Below, piece by piece: positions 37,821 through 46,792 of a DNA stretch of 64,000 nt (positions are counted from its first letter, which is position 1; each line of letters starts with the position of its first letter). The notes below the pieces were generated by a model. The model did not search any database. It was not told the DNA's origin and saw only the letters and a list, made by a program, of their open reading frames with translations. The DNA is from a virus (Duplodnaviria; Caudoviricetes): positions 20,485 through 84,484 of the IMG/VR virus record IMGVR_UViG_3300014205_000204. The stretch is one strand, 5' to 3'. Position numbers and translations under genes: made by a program.

Positions 37821-38355
37821 ATGAGTTGTAGGAATGGCGGGCGATTAGTATCGCGTCGCTTATGCCGTGGTTCCGGCCGATTTTAATCGTTGGGTAAAGC
37901 CTCACTGCCTCAATGAGCGATTCCTTCTTGGTGTCCTCGACCTTACCGCCGAAGATCTCCCTCTGCCACTTTGGCGGGTCATGGTGGTTCACTTCAGTGC
38001 AGGTCAGCTCCAGGAAGCACCTCATCGTCCCGTATGACTGCCCGAAGGTGAACATCGACCTGACTCCCTGGCCGGGCATGGCATGGGCGACCTCGATGGC
38101 GCCTATGACCGTCCCCCTAAGGAGCGGTAGGACCAGCGACGCTAGGGACGTGACGTCTATCTCCCGCCTCGTCTTGCCCTTGCCCTGAAGCTTCCTGATC
38201 GGCATCTTGCCGTACCCGAGCAGCTTTCCCCTCCCGTCGATCACCGCCCAGCCCCCTGACAGGCCGTTATCGATCCCAACGTGACGGTCAGGACTTGTCG
38301 ATCTCGTTCCATCCGTTGATGATCCTTTCCTTGTCGACGCCTTTTTTCTCGGCAT
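37804..38355 (-). CDS. RuvC-like Holliday junction resolvase
   Basis: HVGIDNG, AIEVAH, SMFTFGQSYG, PPKWQ, GISDAILIA; true start uncertain. Confidence 0.85.
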   Translation of the reverse strand: MPRKKASTRKGSSTDGTRSTSPDRHVGIDNGLSGGWAVIDGRGKLLGYGKMPIRKLQGKGKTRREIDVTSLASLVLPLLRGTVIGAIEVAHAMPGQGVRSMFTFGQSYGTMRCFLELTCTEVNHHDPPKWQREIFGGKVEDTKKESLIEAVRLYPTIKIGRNHGISDAILIARHSYNSYGRTD

Positions 38356-39328
38356 ATTCGGTCAGGAGTTCGGTTGGGTTAATGGATATCGGGCCGTCGT
38401 CCGCAGATTCCGTTCGCTCCCGAGAGGCGGCAGACACGCACGACACCTCGACGTTCGCGGGAAGCGCGGCGATCTCGGCGTCAGTCGGGGGAACGGTAAC
38501 CACGATGCGGTAGAAGTCCGCGTCGCCTATTCCTTCCATTGCCTCCTTGACCGTCTCTGCCTTGACGCGCCTCATGGCACGCCCTGGGAGCGTCACCTCG
38601 CTGACCGCCGTACCGTCGACGACGAACACTTTTTTCGGGGTGTCGTCACCGGCCTCCTCAGACATGATTGACCCGGCGACGATCACGTTCCCGTACGTCC
38701 CAGGCCTATGGATATGCCCGTGGAAGGACAGCTTGGACTTTTCCGACACGATCTCCCTTGGCAGGACGGGCTCGCCCTTCAGCATATCGGTGGTGCCGTT
38801 GGCCATCGCCGTCCCGGAGACGGAATGGTGGGTGAACAGCATGTCGCACCCTTCCGCGACTCCCGTGACGATCTCGTCGGCTAGCGCCCTGGTGTCCTGG
38901 CCTGATCCGCACCTCATGTACGGCACGAAGTGGAGCGTCCTGCCTCCCGCCACTGACGTTTCCGGCTTCCCGGACACCACGTGCCACTTCTTTCCGGACA
39001 GCGCGCGTATGTAGTCGAGGGCGCCTGAACCGTCGGCGTACGTGTCGTGGTTCCCGCCGAGGATGACTATCTCAGGGTAGCTGCCGAGGCTCTCGAGGAA
39101 CGCGGTGGCCGAGAACAGAGCGGATGACGGGTTGGACCGGTGGTCGAACATGTCACCGAGGATGACCACAAGGTCACATGCCCTCGCGGCTTCGGCGACA
39201 GACAGCTCGATGCCTGCCCGCTCGGTGACGCGCCTGTCAGAAAACGACGCGGCATGGCCGTATGTCTCCTTGAAGTGCATGTCGCCTATCACGCAGGTCG
39301 TGAACCCCTCTTTGAGATTAAGTTCCAT
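38288..39328 (-). CDS. sbcD: SbcD/Mre11-like metallophosphoesterase nuclease
   Basis: GDMH, LGDMFD, GGNHD, FTHH, GHIH. Confidence 0.92.
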   Translation of the reverse strand: MELNLKEGFTTCVIGDMHFKETYGHAASFSDRRVTERAGIELSVAEAARACDLVVILGDMFDHRSNPSSALFSATAFLESLGSYPEIVILGGNHDTYADGSGALDYIRALSGKKWHVVSGKPETSVAGGRTLHFVPYMRCGSGQDTRALADEIVTGVAEGCDMLFTHHSVSGTAMANGTTDMLKGEPVLPREIVSEKSKLSFHGHIHRPGTYGNVIVAGSIMSEEAGDDTPKKVFVVDGTAVSEVTLPGRAMRRVKAETVKEAMEGIGDADFYRIVVTVPPTDAEIAALPANVEVSCVSAASRERTESADDGPISINPTELLTEYAEKKGVDKERIINGWNEIDKS

Positions 39329-39350
39329 TATCGTTGATTGTTAGCAAATC

Positions 39351-39391
39351 AAGAGGGGCCTGCCAGTTAAAGAGCAGACCCCTCTTTTTTT
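39351..39391. terminator. terminator-like hairpin
   Basis: AAGAGGGGCCTGC...GCAGACCCCTCTT followed by T-run on +. Confidence 0.6.
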
Positions 39392-39394
39392 CTC

Positions 39395-40198
39395 CTAGGA
39401 GTTCAGCTTGTCGAAGATGGCCTTGTAGTTCTCCGGGACGAGCTCGAGCCCGGTAAACGAGGCAATGAACGCCTTGGCCTTGTCCTCTTCCTTGATGCCG
39501 TACTTGCTGTTGGCGAGCGCGAGGGCTGCCATCAGCAAGTCGTCAGCGTCGCCGGAGAAAGCCTCCTCTACGGACACGGCGTCAGGCGCGGCGTCCTCCT
39601 TGGCTTCCTCGGAATACGGCTTGCCGTTCTTGGTCACGACCTTGAAATGGCGCTTCCCGTCGATGAAGTCACCCGGGATCTCCTGCTTCTCGAAGAGGGT
39701 TGAGCCTAGGTTCCCGTTGCCCTTGCCGATCACGTCAGGCGAGCCGATGAGCTTCACGGAGTGGACGTCGAAGCCCTTCTTCGACTTGACCTTGCCCTCA
39801 TAGAAGAAGCCGGCGTAGTCTCCGACGCTGAGGTCCTTCATGGCCTGTTCGGCACAGATGCGACTGGACTGGAGGGAGAACAAGCCAATGTGCTTGGTCT
39901 CGCTGGCCGTCTCGCCGGTCTGGTGGTTGCCGTCGATGACGCCCTTGCGCTCGGTGATCTTGACGTCCTCGATGGTGATCGAGAAGGTCTTGGAACCGAA
40001 ATCCTTAGTGTCGGTGTTGTAGAACTGAACGCTGGTTACTTCCTTGACCGTGCCGGAGACGAGGGTGCCTACGCCGTAGTCGCGGTTGCCCTTGATGACG
40101 ATGTCGTTCTGGTTCTTGCTGGCGCCGAGACGGATGTTGGTCGGGATCTCGACGTTTGACGGAGTGGCTGCCACTCCGGTGCTGAGTAGGTCTTCCAT
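39395..40198 (-). CDS. putative ssDNA-binding (OB-fold) protein
   Basis: Beta-rich N-half (VGDYAGFFYEGKVKSKKG), acidic linker; in recombination cluster. Confidence 0.5.
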   Translation of the reverse strand: MEDLLSTGVAATPSNVEIPTNIRLGASKNQNDIVIKGNRDYGVGTLVSGTVKEVTSVQFYNTDTKDFGSKTFSITIEDVKITERKGVIDGNHQTGETASETKHIGLFSLQSSRICAEQAMKDLSVGDYAGFFYEGKVKSKKGFDVHSVKLIGSPDVIGKGNGNLGSTLFEKQEIPGDFIDGKRHFKVVTKNGKPYSEEAKEDAAPDAVSVEEAFSGDADDLLMAALALANSKYGIKEEDKAKAFIASFTGLELVPENYKAIFDKLNS

Positions 40199-40263
40199 AT
40201 GGGAAGTGTGTCTTAGTGTGTATTATGTCGCTTCGTGCCGCTGTCTGCGGAACGAAGTTCATT

Positions 40264-40738
40264 CTAGCAATTCTTTTTTGACCTGTCAAGCGGATTGCTC
40301 ACGGGGACTTTCGACATGTCGTAGGAGCGGTAGTTCACGCCACCCTTCCTAATGAGATTTAGCTTGGTTGAGCCACATTTCGAGCAGAATGCGTCAAGCT
40401 TGTGTGACCAGCAGGCGACTGCCTTCTTGCACCCGCGGCAGTAGTACATGTCCGGGTCAGGCAGCCCCTTGCTGCGGAAATGGTTACGGATGGAGGAGGC
40501 GTTGGCCATGATCTTCGCCTTGAAGTTGGTATGGTATTTTTCCCTGGCATAGTCCACCCTCTCCCTCTTCTTCTCGGGGATCAGCGACGCGTAAGCCTTT
40601 CTCTTCCTCTCATTGACGGCCTCCCTGTTGGTCGGGTCGCTTCGCCATTTCCTGTTGCGCTCGTTCTCCTTTTCACGGTTGTTGACCCTCCACCTTCTTC
40701 GTGACTCTTTTTTTCTTGCCTTCTCCTCGTCGTCCATG
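40264..40738 (-). CDS. basic protein with C-terminal Zn ribbon
   Basis: R/K-rich helix, CRGC/CSKC; likely start MDDEEK. Confidence 0.6.
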
Positions 40739-42574
40739 CTGCTGGTGGTTCTTGGCCTCTTCAAGGGCCATCTTTATTATCTCCTTCTCGCTCATGCCGA
40801 ATACCGCGTCGTTGATTCCCTCCTTGACGTCATGAATTTTCCTGTGGAACATGTCGATCCACGTGCCCTTGGCCGTCAGCTGGTAGACGGTCACGGGCTT
40901 GTCCTGTCCGATGCGGTGGGCGCGCGAGTACGCCTGCTTGTGGACGTCCGGCAGCCAGTCGTAGTCGCAGAACACCACGGCGGAGGCGGCGTTGAGGGTA
41001 AGGCCCTCTCCCGCGCTCCTCATGCCTCCCACGAACACGCGGCACTCAGGGTCCTCGTTGAAGCGCCTCATCAGCTCCTTCCTCTCCTCGTTGGGAACCT
41101 CGCCGTTCACGGTGACGCAACGGTCGCCGTAGTATTCCGACATCTGGCCCATGGCCTCGCGGAAGCACGAGAAGACGATGACCTTCTCCGACCCGATCAT
41201 GTCGTCGATGAGGTCAATGGCCAGCTCCGCCTTGGCCGCCGAGCAGGCCATCCTCATTGCCGTCAGCTGCGCGAGCTGGCCCCCGCCGTCGTCCGACAGG
41301 TACTCCCTCTCGGCTTCCCTGTACGCCTTGCCCGTGTCGTCCGGCAGGTCGACGTCGACCGTGACGAAGGTTATCGGCGGGAGTTCCTTGCACACTTCAT
41401 TCTTCATGCGTCGGACGTAGAACGGCTCGATTAACTTGGCCAGCTCGTCCTGGTTCCTGACTCCCTTGAACTCGGTGCCGAACCTGTTCTTGACGGCGTT
41501 CGTGTACCTGTTGAGGAACCCCCAACGGCTCGGGAAGACCTTGGGAGCCACGGCGCTGACCAGCGGGTAGAAGTCCTCCATCCGATTGGGGATCGGCGTG
41601 CCGGTCAGCCCGATCACCTTTTTCGAGACGTCTATCAGCCCCTTGCACGCGTTGCCCATCCTTGACCCACCGACCAGCTTGGGCGGGTTCATGACCCTCT
41701 CCCTTGCCTTACGGATGGCTGCCGTCATCGCCGCCGTGGGGGTCCTGCCGATCGACCTCATGGCCTTGTCGCGCGACAGCAGCATGTTGAGCTTGTCCCT
41801 GTCCTTCTGGAGGGCGGCCATGGACGGCGGGTGTCCAGTCGACTTTACCCTATGGAACTCATCGCCCACGAAGCACTCGAACCCCCTCCTCTTGAACTCC
41901 TCCTCGAAGGCGTAGACGATGTCGTAGTTGACGATGAATATGTCGTGACTGTCCCACGTGTCGTCGTCGATCGTACCCTTCGTGCCGGACAGCACGGTCG
42001 CCTTGAGCGTCGTGTGCTTGGCGACCTCGGCCATCCAGACGTGCTTGATGACGGCCGGGCAGACGACGACCGTCTTTCCGGCCACCTGGTCGGCGACATA
42101 GGCGAGCGTCTGGAGGGTTTTCCCGAGCCCGGGCTGGTCGCAGTTCAGCAGCCTCCCGCCGTTCCTCCTGCACTTGTCGACCGCGAGGGACTGGTAGGGA
42201 CGCAGCTGGGTCTTGACGTTTTTGTAGTTCTGCGGAGGATCCTCCACTAACGCCTCCTCCGCAGGGTACTCCCATCCCTTGGGTACCTCTAGCTTGCCCC
42301 TGATCCCCCCCGCGAACCCCTCGGCGTGCTGCCTGGTATCGGCGTCGCGCAGCTCGCGCATGTCCGCGGCAGTCGCGGGATCGAGGGACGGGTGAAGGTA
42401 GGACAAGATGTCGAACATCGCGTGCCGGTCAAGGACTATGAGCCTGCCGTTCGCGTTGACGACGACGCCATTGTCGTAAAGGCCGGCCACCTTGTTGATC
42501 ATCGTCACCCCCCGGAAGTCAGTCGCCTTTACCTCGTAACCGAACGGCATCTTGAACGCGTTGCTAGAAGCCAT
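40673..42574 (-). CDS. SNF2-family helicase
   Basis: LRPYQ, DQPGLGKT, DEFH, LTGTPIPN, GEGLTL, QAYSRAHRIGQ. Confidence 0.92.
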   Translation of the reverse strand: MASSNAFKMPFGYEVKATDFRGVTMINKVAGLYDNGVVVNANGRLIVLDRHAMFDILSYLHPSLDPATAADMRELRDADTRQHAEGFAGGIRGKLEVPKGWEYPAEEALVEDPPQNYKNVKTQLRPYQSLAVDKCRRNGGRLLNCDQPGLGKTLQTLAYVADQVAGKTVVVCPAVIKHVWMAEVAKHTTLKATVLSGTKGTIDDDTWDSHDIFIVNYDIVYAFEEEFKRRGFECFVGDEFHRVKSTGHPPSMAALQKDRDKLNMLLSRDKAMRSIGRTPTAAMTAAIRKARERVMNPPKLVGGSRMGNACKGLIDVSKKVIGLTGTPIPNRMEDFYPLVSAVAPKVFPSRWGFLNRYTNAVKNRFGTEFKGVRNQDELAKLIEPFYVRRMKNEVCKELPPITFVTVDVDLPDDTGKAYREAEREYLSDDGGGQLAQLTAMRMACSAAKAELAIDLIDDMIGSEKVIVFSCFREAMGQMSEYYGDRCVTVNGEVPNEERKELMRRFNEDPECRVFVGGMRSAGEGLTLNAASAVVFCDYDWLPDVHKQAYSRAHRIGQDKPVTVYQLTAKGTWIDMFHRKIHDVKEGINDAVFGMSEKEIIKMALEEAKNHQQHGRRGEGKKKRVTKKVEGQQP

Positions 42575-42884
42575 AGACCCGATTGTGCAGCTTGATCCAC
42601 CCCTCGGCCCTCCTCATGAGGTCATACGCGTATTCTTTCCTGCCGTCGGCTTCAGCCGTACTCGATGCCTTCAGGAGCATGCTGATGTCCTCAAGCATGA
42701 CACTGCGCGGAATGCGCACTATCATGTTCCTCAGCCGGTAACTCTCGAAGTACATCCTCTTGTGCTCCATTATCTGGTACGCCATCCTGACCTGCTGGAT
42801 CGTGAACCACGACATCTCAAACGACGGGTCGTCGACGGAGGCCATGGCTACCAGGTCGTTTGCCAGGTTTCTCTTAGAGATCAC
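42564..42884 (-). CDS. hypothetical protein
   Basis: 106-aa coupled ORF. Confidence 0.6.
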   Translation of the reverse strand: MISKRNLANDLVAMASVDDPSFEMSWFTIQQVRMAYQIMEHKRMYFESYRLRNMIVRIPRSVMLEDISMLLKASSTAEADGRKEYAYDLMRRAEGWIKLHNRVYGF

Positions 42885-43903
42885 AGGCCAACCACCTCAT
42901 TAACCAGTGTTTTCTTGACGGCTTCCCTGACGGAAGAGTATTCGCCGCTGCTGCCGTAGGCGTCAAGGTCCTCGATAAGCGAGATCATCGATCGGATGAC
43001 CCTAATCTTGCCGTCAGCTGACGGCTTCTCGCTTGTTGAGCCAATTCCAAATGCTTCACTGCCGATCGCGGGCGGGGAGACGGGAGTTCCAGCCTCGACT
43101 CCGCATTCAGCGGCCTCTTCCGGTGCATCGTCCGTGGACTCTTCGATTTCCCTGACTATCGTCCCCATGGCGACAGCGAGCAGGTAGTCCATCTTCTCAT
43201 CGCCTGGATAGCAGAAAATACGGTCAAACTCCTCTAACCCGTCCTTCTTCAGGCCAGCCTCGACAATCTCATTAGTCTCGGACGTGACGGGGATTACGGC
43301 GCCTTTTTCGATCGCGTAAGCCATGGCCGCCGACGTGAACTTGAAAATCCTGCCTGAAACGCCGATGTTCATCGCCAAGAGCTTGGCCGAGAACGGAAGC
43401 ATCTGTGCCGTCAAATCGAACCTCCTCATCATGGCGTAGATGACGTTTGACGAGTACAGGAAGATCGACGTGTTGTCGAACCTGTCGACGCCGCACGCCA
43501 AGTCGAACTTAGTCTCTATGGACGAGCAGAAGTTTATCAGTTGCCCTACCGTGGCTTTTTCAAGCACCTTCACCGGTCTGGCCTCTGGGGGAGCTGCCTT
43601 AATGGTTTTGGCCTTTTTTTGCCTTACGGCCCCTACCCTTTCTTTCTGCACGTGCGAAGACTCGTTCGGCTTGGGATCAAGACCGACAGTGCCGGAAAGC
43701 GGGTATTCCGTGATGAACTCGTCGATCTCCCCCTTTGGGACCCTGATCTTGCCGTCCTCGTTCTCTATGACCGTAAATGACTTTGACCTGTCTCCCGTCA
43801 TGACTCCTTTTATTTCCTTCCCGTCTTTCATTATTATCCTGACTTTCTTTCCCTTGTAAGTCACTAGATGTTGTGACGATTTTGTCGTAGATGGTATGCT
43901 CAT
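42881..43903 (-). CDS. protein with N-terminal Sm/LSm-like domain
   Basis: YKGKKVRIIMKDGKEIKGVMTG resembles the Sm1 motif; remainder unassigned. Confidence 0.45.
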   Translation of the reverse strand: MSIPSTTKSSQHLVTYKGKKVRIIMKDGKEIKGVMTGDRSKSFTVIENEDGKIRVPKGEIDEFITEYPLSGTVGLDPKPNESSHVQKERVGAVRQKKAKTIKAAPPEARPVKVLEKATVGQLINFCSSIETKFDLACGVDRFDNTSIFLYSSNVIYAMMRRFDLTAQMLPFSAKLLAMNIGVSGRIFKFTSAAMAYAIEKGAVIPVTSETNEIVEAGLKKDGLEEFDRIFCYPGDEKMDYLLAVAMGTIVREIEESTDDAPEEAAECGVEAGTPVSPPAIGSEAFGIGSTSEKPSADGKIRVIRSMISLIEDLDAYGSSGEYSSVREAVKKTLVNEVVGL

Positions 43904-43949
43904 ACTTTTATGATTTAATGTAATGAATTTGCCCTTGTACCTAAACGGT

Positions 43950-44065
43950 AATCAGTGAGGTAATGTCCCCAGGACAGGACATCACGGTCAGGGATACCGA
44001 AGCCGTAGCTGCGGATATCCTGAGTGAGCGAGCCACGTTTGAATGGGGACATTACTCCCCTGACT
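43950..44065 (-). ncRNA. 116-nt long-hairpin structured RNA candidate
   Basis: 22-position terminal helix (2 G-U, 2 mismatches), central bubble, apical stem capped by C(UACG)G. Confidence 0.6.
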
Positions 44066-44267
44066 AACTCAGGGAAAGGAATGCCTGTGCCGTCGAGACG
44101 GCTATTGCCATCGCAACGACCAGCGTCGACAGGGCAATGATTATCTTTAACACGATGTGCTTTTCCATGAGTTCGCTTGCGCTAGGACTGGTCCTCAAGT
44201 TTTGTCTCAATGGCGAGGATGTCGCTGTAATTGACGGCAAGGACCAGGTCATCACCGTCGACAGCAA
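44064..44267 (-). CDS. small membrane protein
   Basis: Hydrophobic C-terminal helix; start uncertain. Confidence 0.4.
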   Translation of the reverse strand: MLSTVMTWSLPSITATSSPLRQNLRTSPSASELMEKHIVLKIIIALSTLVVAMAIAVSTAQAFLSLS

Positions 44268-44472
44268 GCGGGTGAGCGGCAGCCCTGATGAAGTAAACCC
44301 TGTTGCCGGCCTCGTCCGTACCGCACGGCGTCATTGGAAATCGCGGGATCATCTCGAGGGCGCTTGCCTCCTTGCGGTGGCCCTCGAGGTTATAGAGGTC
44401 GAGGGTGGCGCGGGGAATCGGGTAGCGGATTATGGCATGGGTCGCGTAGGGTGTGAAAATCTTGTCTGTCAT
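44182..44472 (-). CDS. hypothetical protein
   Basis: 96-aa ORF with typical codon bias. Confidence 0.55.
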   Translation of the reverse strand: MTDKIFTPYATHAIIRYPIPRATLDLYNLEGHRKEASALEMIPRFPMTPCGTDEAGNRVYFIRAAAHPLAVDGDDLVLAVNYSDILAIETKLEDQS

Positions 44473-44512
44473 AACGTGGCTATTTTAATTAGGCGTTCAC
44501 GTTGTGTCGTTA

Positions 44513-44803
44513 CTATCGTTTATCGATAGAGAACCATGACGACTTCGTGTCTTTGCACTTACGACACACCGAAACGGTCGTCATACCGATCTTACGGGTG
44601 TCCTTGGTAACGTCTCCACTATCCGATCTAATTATGTCCAAGGTCTCTACTTCCTCCCAAACGTGTAGGTGCTTGATCGTCCCGCACTTCCGGCAGATGA
44701 AATCACCGGATAGATCTTCTATCTCGAAGGCGTGGCGACACCTGACGGACAGGTAGGCATATGTGATGAAGAACGGGATGACAAGGGCTAAGACGTAAGG
44801 CAT
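44513..44803 (-). CDS. membrane-anchored Zn-finger protein
   Basis: N-terminal TM; CRKC twice. Confidence 0.6.
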   Translation of the reverse strand: MPYVLALVIPFFITYAYLSVRCRHAFEIEDLSGDFICRKCGTIKHLHVWEEVETLDIIRSDSGDVTKDTRKIGMTTVSVCRKCKDTKSSWFSIDKR

Positions 44804-44945
44804 ATGTTTAGGTTATCGACTTTTTTTGCTCCTTACCGAGTTTTTCACGTGTCCTGTCGGACGATGTGATCCTCCTCTTCCTCCTCCCCTTTGGTCCTAG
44901 TTCCTGGAAATCACGACTGGCTCTCATAGGTGTGACGAAGGCATT

Positions 44946-45413
44946 TTAGTCAAGGGTACGGTTGGCTGCGGCGTTCCTCCTTAGCATCATGGAGTGCCGT
45001 CTCGTGAGGTCCGCGAAGTTCTTGGCATCTTCGCTTGTCCTGAAGCAGAGGATGCTCCTGAACTTGGCCAGTGGGTCTGAGTCTGTCAAGTTGTGAACTA
45101 ACATGACCACTTCTCCGCCTTCCTGGAAGCAAAAATATGTCTCAAACGGGGAAGGTTCGTAGCTCTTGGCCGTCATCAGCGCCCTGACGTATTCGGCCTG
45201 GAGTTCCGCATCCTCCCTGTTATCGTATACCCCCAGGAACTTCCTCCTCTTGGCGATCTTCGCCCCGACGGCCGGGACATCGCATACTGCCCCCTGCCCG
45301 GTGACGATGAACACCTTCCCTGTTGGCTTGGGCTCATCAGGTACTTCCCTCAGCTCGTACCTCCTGCCGTCCAGCATAATGTAATTTCCTACCATGACGT
45401 TATTCCCACACAT
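44946..45413 (-). CDS. hypothetical protein
   Basis: 155-aa ORF. Confidence 0.6.
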   Translation of the reverse strand: MCGNNVMVGNYIMLDGRRYELREVPDEPKPTGKVFIVTGQGAVCDVPAVGAKIAKRRKFLGVYDNREDAELQAEYVRALMTAKSYEPSPFETYFCFQEGGEVVMLVHNLTDSDPLAKFRSILCFRTSEDAKNFADLTRRHSMMLRRNAAANRTLD

Positions 45414-45451
45414 AGGGGTGGGGTTAGCATGAATTAGTTGATTTCTGCCCT

Positions 45452-45578
45452 GGCTGAGCGGTGAAAATGACCTAGAAAGACAGATACGTTAAGCGTTTTC
45501 GGTCACCTCCACCACTCAGCCCCCATTACCCTCCACAAAGGCAATGGGAACCGGAGACACTAATATTTTTTCCTGGTC
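45452..45578 (-). ncRNA. three abutting hairpins, including a 21-bp uninterrupted helix
   Basis: 45452-45521 helix with 4 G-U pairs only on -; 45522-45548 and 45549-45578 adjoin with no linker. Confidence 0.55.
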
Positions 45579-45614
45579 AAGTTTATGCGGTCGTTCCGGG
45601 ACCGTCTGGTTTGG

Positions 45615-45980
45615 CTATTCCTTGACTACTGGGATACCTGCCAGACCTGCGGCCTCGAGAGCCTCATCATATCCCTCATCTCCCGGTCTTAGGATAGCGG
45701 AATCTGGGGAAAAAACCACTTCACCAACCTCGGCGCCAGCTTCGATGAGCTCGGTATCTTCTTCGGTAACTACATGGATGATACCGTCTTCTTTCGGAAA
45801 AGTCTCATCCACCACCTTCTTGGCGGCGGCGATCCAGTTGTTCCTTACCTTCTCTCCTACCTCGGAGAACGGCGGGATTTCCTTGCCGTCCCATGTCTTG
45901 CCTCCAGCCTCCTCGTTGTAGGCACTGAAGGCCTTTTCCGCAAGGTCGGCGTAATCGTTGGCGTCTTTTTCCGTGATCAT
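45615..45980 (-). CDS. acidic hypothetical protein
   Basis: 121 aa; TWDGKEIPPFSEVGEKVRNNWIAAA motif. Confidence 0.65.
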   Translation of the reverse strand: MITEKDANDYADLAEKAFSAYNEEAGGKTWDGKEIPPFSEVGEKVRNNWIAAAKKVVDETFPKEDGIIHVVTEEDTELIEAGAEVGEVVFSPDSAILRPGDEGYDEALEAAGLAGIPVVKE

Positions 45981-46004
45981 AATGCTCGTTTAGTTGAATT
46001 TTCT

Positions 46005-46079
46005 TGGAGGCCGATACTGGAATCGAACCAGTTTAGGGCGCTTTGCAGGCGCTTAGCTTGACCATTCACTCAATCGGCC
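46005..46079 (-). tRNA. tRNA-Cys(GCA)
   Basis: GGCCGAT/ATCGGCC acceptor, loop CTGCAAA, GGTTCGATTCC, encoded CCA. Confidence 0.92.
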
Positions 46080-46080
46080 A

Positions 46081-46156
46081 TGGTGGGAAGCGAGAGGGTC
46101 GAACTCTCCCTGAAGGTTCCACAAACCTCCGTGCAAACCGCTACACTAGAATCCCC
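46081..46156 (-). tRNA. tRNA-His(GTG)
   Basis: Loop TTGTGGA, G-1, GTTCGAC, CCA; acceptor has two mismatches. Confidence 0.85.
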
Positions 46157-46173
46157 ATGACTTGTACATTGAC

Positions 46174-46259
46174 TGGCGGAGGGCGTGGGACTCGAACCCA
46201 CAAGCGCTTTCGCGCGACGGTTTTCAAGACCGTTTCAATAACCATTCTGACAACCCTCC
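46174..46259 (-). tRNA. tRNA-Ser(TGA)
   Basis: ACGGT-CTTGAAA-ACCGT, long variable arm, GGTTCGAGTCC, CCA. Confidence 0.95.
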
Positions 46260-46263
46260 GTAT

Positions 46264-46338
46264 TGGGCCCGGGGGCGGGAGTCGAACCCGCTACCTGAAG
46301 CTTATGAGGCTTCCGAGATGCCGTTTCTCTACCCCGGG
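46264..46338 (-). tRNA. tRNA-Met/Ile2(CAT)
   Basis: GAAGC-CTCATAA-GCTTC; no initiator GGG/CCC stem; CCA. Confidence 0.9.
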
Positions 46339-46382
46339 AAGATGTACCTTCAATCCGACACCGAAGATACCAAGAGTGTTGC

Positions 46383-46628
46383 CTACCAATTTATTATGTC
46401 CCAGTGGTAGGAGGAAGTATACTTGTTAGCCATACCTCCGTTGTAGACCTCACTGGAACGTCGTAGCTTCCTGCGTGCCGCTTCCTTGGCTGTCTGTGAC
46501 CTTCCTGTAACGCTACTGGAAAAGTTATGCCTCCAGTCTTTCCTTGTCGGCTTTTCCTTTGTCCACCTCCGACGCGGGAAATTTTGCCATTTCCTCTTCT
46601 TGTTGAAGTCTATCTCTATGAACCCCAT
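46383..46628 (-). CDS. small basic hypothetical protein within tRNA cluster
   Basis: 81-aa ORF between tRNA-Tyr and tRNA-Met. Confidence 0.45.
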   Translation of the reverse strand: MGFIEIDFNKKRKWQNFPRRRWTKEKPTRKDWRHNFSSSVTGRSQTAKEAARRKLRRSSEVYNGGMANKYTSSYHWDIINW

Positions 46629-46694
46629 GGTAATGGGTGGTTAGGCCCATTACATATCCGCTGCGCTTAAGTTTTTCATGTGGTTTGTCGTTTA

Positions 46695-46780
46695 TGGTGC
46701 GTCGCCCAGGTAATGCTCCTGACCAGCCTTGAGGCAGCGGATTTACAGTCCGCCCCGCGTCTTTAGCGGAATACCGACGC
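46695..46780 (-). tRNA. non-canonical tRNA-Tyr(GTA)
   Basis: GCGGA-CTGTAAA-TCCGC, variable arm, CCA; T-loop AGCATTA and D-loop lacking GG. Confidence 0.8.
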
Positions 46781-46792
46781 ACGTTGCTTATC

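Noticed and set aside
38280-38355. +1 frameshift at TCC-TGA-C fusing SbcD to RuvC
   Set aside because: The phase fits, but an in-frame ATG at 38355 exists, long gene overlaps occur elsewhere in this arm (e.g. 40673-40738), and UCC-to-CCU re-pairing is poor.
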